Source of the DNA: an uncultured Planctomycetaceae bacterium
GTDB lineage: Bacteria > Planctomycetota > Planctomycetia > Isosphaerales > Isosphaeraceae
Direction: 5' to 3'
DNA: 64,000 nucleotides
Assembly (NCBI GenBank): GCA_963833985.1
Contig: CAWIAD010000002.1
Span: forward strand, 2,784,001-2,848,000
Position 1 is the stretch's first letter; every line of letters begins with the position of its first letter. The notes under the pieces are model-generated. The model saw nothing but the letters and a program-made list of their open reading frames with translations. It made no database searches and was not told the DNA's origin. Below, in pieces: positions 61,226 through 64,000 of the stretch. The position numbers and the translations under genes are program-made.

Positions 61226-62731
61226 ATGATTTGCGTGACGATAGGACGGGGGAGGCATTCCTCGCTGGTTGAGGAGTGGCAGGCAGCCGCCAGGGCGGGG
61301 GCTGATCTGGTCGAGCTGCGGATTGATTGCCTGCGCAGGGATCCGGATCTGAAGCGGATCCTCAAGGAGCGGCACACCCCCATGGTCTTTACCATCCGCC
61401 GAGGCGCCGATGGCGGCCTCTGGCGCGGGCAGGAAGAGAAGCGGCAGCAGTTGCTGCGTGAGGCGATCGCGCTGGGCGTCGATTACGTCGACCTGGAGCA
61501 GGACATCGCCGCCAAGATCCGTCGCTTCGGCAAGACGAAGCGGATCATCAGCCATCACAACCTGAAATCGACGCCGACCGACATCCAGGACGTTGCCGAG
61601 CAGTGCGAGGAACTCGACCCGGACATCGTCAAGGTCGCCACCACGGCGACGACCCTGGCCGAGGCCTCGCGGGTGCTCCACCTGGGCGTGACCGGCAAGT
61701 TTCCCACGATCCCGATCGCCATGGGAGAGATCGGCGTCTTCACGCGCATCCTGGGTGCGAAGTTCGGAGCGCCCTTCACGTACGCGGGGTACAACCCGGA
61801 GCGCGTCTTCGCGGTGGGCATGCCCCGGTTCGCGGTGCTCAAGAAGGACTATTTCTACAACAGTATCGACTCCAAGACCGAGATTTACGGCGTCATCGGC
61901 GACCCGGTCGAGCAGAGCCTGAGCCCGGCGGTGCACAACGCGGCGTTCCGCCACCTCGGTCTGAACAAGCTGCTGGTGCCATTTCTGGTTCCCAACGGCG
62001 AACTCGAGGCGTTCTTTCGTGAGCTGCTCTGGTTGGAAATCAAGGGTTGCTCCGTGACCATCCCGCACAAGGAGGCGATCGTCCCTCTCCTCCAGCAGAA
62101 GGAGGGCGCCGTCGACCGGACCGGGTCGTGCAACACGGTGGTCTTCGACGCCGCCGGCCGGCGGATCGGCTACAACACCGACTACCGCGCGGCCATGGAG
62201 TCGCTCGAGGCGGCCATGGGGGGGACCGCCGGCGGCGACGAGGATTCCAGCCCGCTCATCGACAAGCAGGTGCTCATCCTGGGCGCCGGCGGAGTGGCCC
62301 GGTCGATTGCCTTCGGCGTGCTGCGCAGAGGCGCCCACGTCACCGTGACCAACCGGCACGACGAGCGCGCCACCAGCCTGGCCGAGGAGGTCGGATGCCG
62401 GATGATCACCTGGTCGCAGCGTGCCACGGCCATCGCCGACGTGATCATCAACTGCACTCCGGTGGGCATGTACCCCAACGTGGACGACACGGCGCTGCCG
62501 CCGGCGGCGTTTCCCCGTCCCGGCATCGTGCTCTTCGACACGGTCTACCACCCCGAGAGCACGATGCTGCTGAAGCTGGGCCGGGAACGCCAGGCCGTCA
62601 CGATCAGCGGTGTGGACATGTTCCTCCGCCAGGCCGCCCTCCAGTTCAAGATCTACACGGGGCAAGACGCCCCGCTCGAGGTCATGAAAACCGCCTTGAA
62701 ACGGAAGCTGGGGCAAGTACGCGACGAATGA
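61226..62731 (+). CDS. aroE: Bifunctional type I 3-dehydroquinate dehydratase / shikimate dehydrogenase
   Basis: VELRID and IISHH (AroD part). SLSPAVHN, SVTIPHK, NTDY and GAGG (AroE part). Confidence 0.92.
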   Translation: MICVTIGRGRHSSLVEEWQAAARAGADLVELRIDCLRRDPDLKRILKERHTPMVFTIRRGADGGLWRGQEEKRQQLLREAIALGVDYVDLEQDIAAKIRRFGKTKRIISHHNLKSTPTDIQDVAEQCEELDPDIVKVATTATTLAEASRVLHLGVTGKFPTIPIAMGEIGVFTRILGAKFGAPFTYAGYNPERVFAVGMPRFAVLKKDYFYNSIDSKTEIYGVIGDPVEQSLSPAVHNAAFRHLGLNKLLVPFLVPNGELEAFFRELLWLEIKGCSVTIPHKEAIVPLLQQKEGAVDRTGSCNTVVFDAAGRRIGYNTDYRAAMESLEAAMGGTAGGDEDSSPLIDKQVLILGAGGVARSIAFGVLRRGAHVTVTNRHDERATSLAEEVGCRMITWSQRATAIADVIINCTPVGMYPNVDDTALPPAAFPRPGIVLFDTVYHPESTMLLKLGRERQAVTISGVDMFLRQAALQFKIYTGQDAPLEVMKTALKRKLGQVRDE

Positions 62732-63327
62732 GCCATCCTTCCACGCCGATCTCGAGTGATCGCCGCGGCCCCGGTCTGGTCCTCGTGGGCTATAGAGGAA
62801 GCGGCAAGACCACCGTGGGCACGATGGTAGCCGGATCCCGGCGGCGCCCGTTTCTGGACCTGGATCACGAGATCGAGACGCGGGCCGGACGGCCGATCCG
62901 GGCAATCTTCGCCGAGTCGGGAGAGGAGGTCTTCCGCGACTGGGAAGAGCTCGCCTTGCGGGCGCTGGCCACGCAATACCCGGGCGCTGTGCTGGCCAGC
63001 GGTGGCGGCACCGTGCTTCGTGCGGTCAACCGCCGGCTGCTGCGCGCGTTTGGCATCGTCGTCTGGCTGCGGGCCGAGCCGGCCGCCCTGGCGCAGCGGA
63101 TCGAGTCCGACGTGCGAGCGGGCCGCGAGCGCCCGGCACTCACAACCGCCGGGGCGGTCGCCGAGGTCGCCCACGTGCTCGCGCAGCGCACGCCGTTGTA
63201 CGAGGAAGTCGCGGACGCTGCCATCGAGACCCGTGACCGCGCACCCGAGGAGATCGCCGCCTTGATTCTGGACCTCTGGCCCGCTGATCCTGACGCCTTC
63301 CGGGAGAACCTGCCGCCGTGCTTGTGA
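62728..63327 (+). CDS. aroK: Shikimate kinase
   Basis: GYRGSGKTT, DLD, FRDWE, SGGG and RP motifs. ATGA overlap with the upstream gene. Confidence 0.92.
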   Translation: MSHPSTPISSDRRGPGLVLVGYRGSGKTTVGTMVAGSRRRPFLDLDHEIETRAGRPIRAIFAESGEEVFRDWEELALRALATQYPGAVLASGGGTVLRAVNRRLLRAFGIVVWLRAEPAALAQRIESDVRAGRERPALTTAGAVAEVAHVLAQRTPLYEEVADAAIETRDRAPEEIAALILDLWPADPDAFRENLPPCL

Positions 63328-64000
63328 TGGGACCGGTCCTGGTGCTGCTTGGCTGCTTCGTCTTCGCGATCGGCACGGTCGTGGGCAGCTTTCTGAACGT
63401 CTGTATCTACCGGATCCCCTGGGAGAAGAGCGTGATCTGGCCCAGTTCCCGCTGTCCCCACTGCTGGAACCCGATCGCGGCTTACGACAATATCCCGATC
63501 GTGAGCTGGCTGGCCCTGCGCGGGGAGTGCCGGCAGTGCGGTGCTCCCATCTCCCGGCGCTATCCACTGATCGAGCTGCTCGTGGGGTTGCTATTCGTCG
63601 GGGTCTTCTATGTGGACGTGATTCTGGGCGAGCGCGGGCGGTACGGTTATGACATCGGTCTGCCCCTGGCGCGCCTGGGCTATCACGCAATCCTGGTGGC
63701 CCTGCTGGTGGCAGCGACCTTCATCGATTACGACCTCTACATCATCCCGGACTCGATCACCCTCACCGGGATGGTTCTGGGGCTCGCCCTGGGGACCGCC
63801 ATGCCAGGGCTGCGGCTCGAGCCGGCGGCCGCGACCACCACCGCGCATGGGCTCTGGACGGGGGTTCTGGGGCTGGTCATCGGCGGCGGGATCACCCAGA
63901 CGGTGCGGGTGGTTGGCACCTGGGTCTTCCGGCGTGAGGCGATGGGCTTTGGCGATGTGACGCTCATGGGGATGATCGGCGCGTTCCTGGGCTGGCAGGC
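63327..64000 (+). CDS. pilD: Prepilin peptidase (A24), partial
   Basis: Manual translation: GSFLNVCIYRIP...SRCPHC...DNIPIVSWLALRGECRQC...FIDYD...MGFGDV. Confidence 0.9.
   Translation, partial: MGPVLVLLGCFVFAIGTVVGSFLNVCIYRIPWEKSVIWPSSRCPHCWNPIAAYDNIPIVSWLALRGECRQCGAPISRRYPLIELLVGLLFVGVFYVDVILGERGRYGYDIGLPLARLGYHAILVALLVAATFIDYDLYIIPDSITLTGMVLGLALGTAMPGLRLEPAAATTTAHGLWTGVLGLVIGGGITQTVRVVGTWVFRREAMGFGDVTLMGMIGAFLGWQ

Noticed and set aside
61226..62731. AroD-AroE fusion as a novelty
   Set aside because: This bifunctional architecture is already known from planctomycetes, chlamydiae and plants.

Overview
GC-rich bacterial chromosome segment, most likely from a planctomycete (Isosphaeraceae-like). 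This is inferred from LExRxL(L/M)A-motif exported proteins, an ECF sigma/Ser-Thr kinase pair, fused AroD-AroE and an ISKra4-type IS. The backbone is housekeeping and envelope genes: gmhA, radical SAM, GH127, MacAB-like ABC exporter, GT-C glycosyltransferases, rpsO-pnp, an NtrBC-like pair, mutL, GT9, aroDE-aroK and prepilin peptidase. The notable part is an accessory island at about 4.1-16.3 kb. It holds an IS3 element joining a truncated kinase to a truncated alkB, and a fused XRE-HTH/ImmA-IrrE metallopeptidase plus PIN gene. That pair is transcribed divergently, via back-to-back sigma70 promoters with a palindromic operator, from a short type II CBASS operon (CD-NTase ending ...FHGD, stand-alone E2, patatin effector). 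A TIR-domain gene and a RAYT-like HUH/Y1 transposase with REP-like repeats follow. The island and the RAYT gene are delimited by four copies of an 18-bp motif (AGGACAxGCAxTG...) in inverted pairs. Three of the four copies abut iterated micro-duplications (9 bp x2, 9 bp x3, about 14 bp x4). This may be an undescribed HUH-driven cargo insertion system. Many conserved genes carry single-base frameshifts, probably assembly errors.
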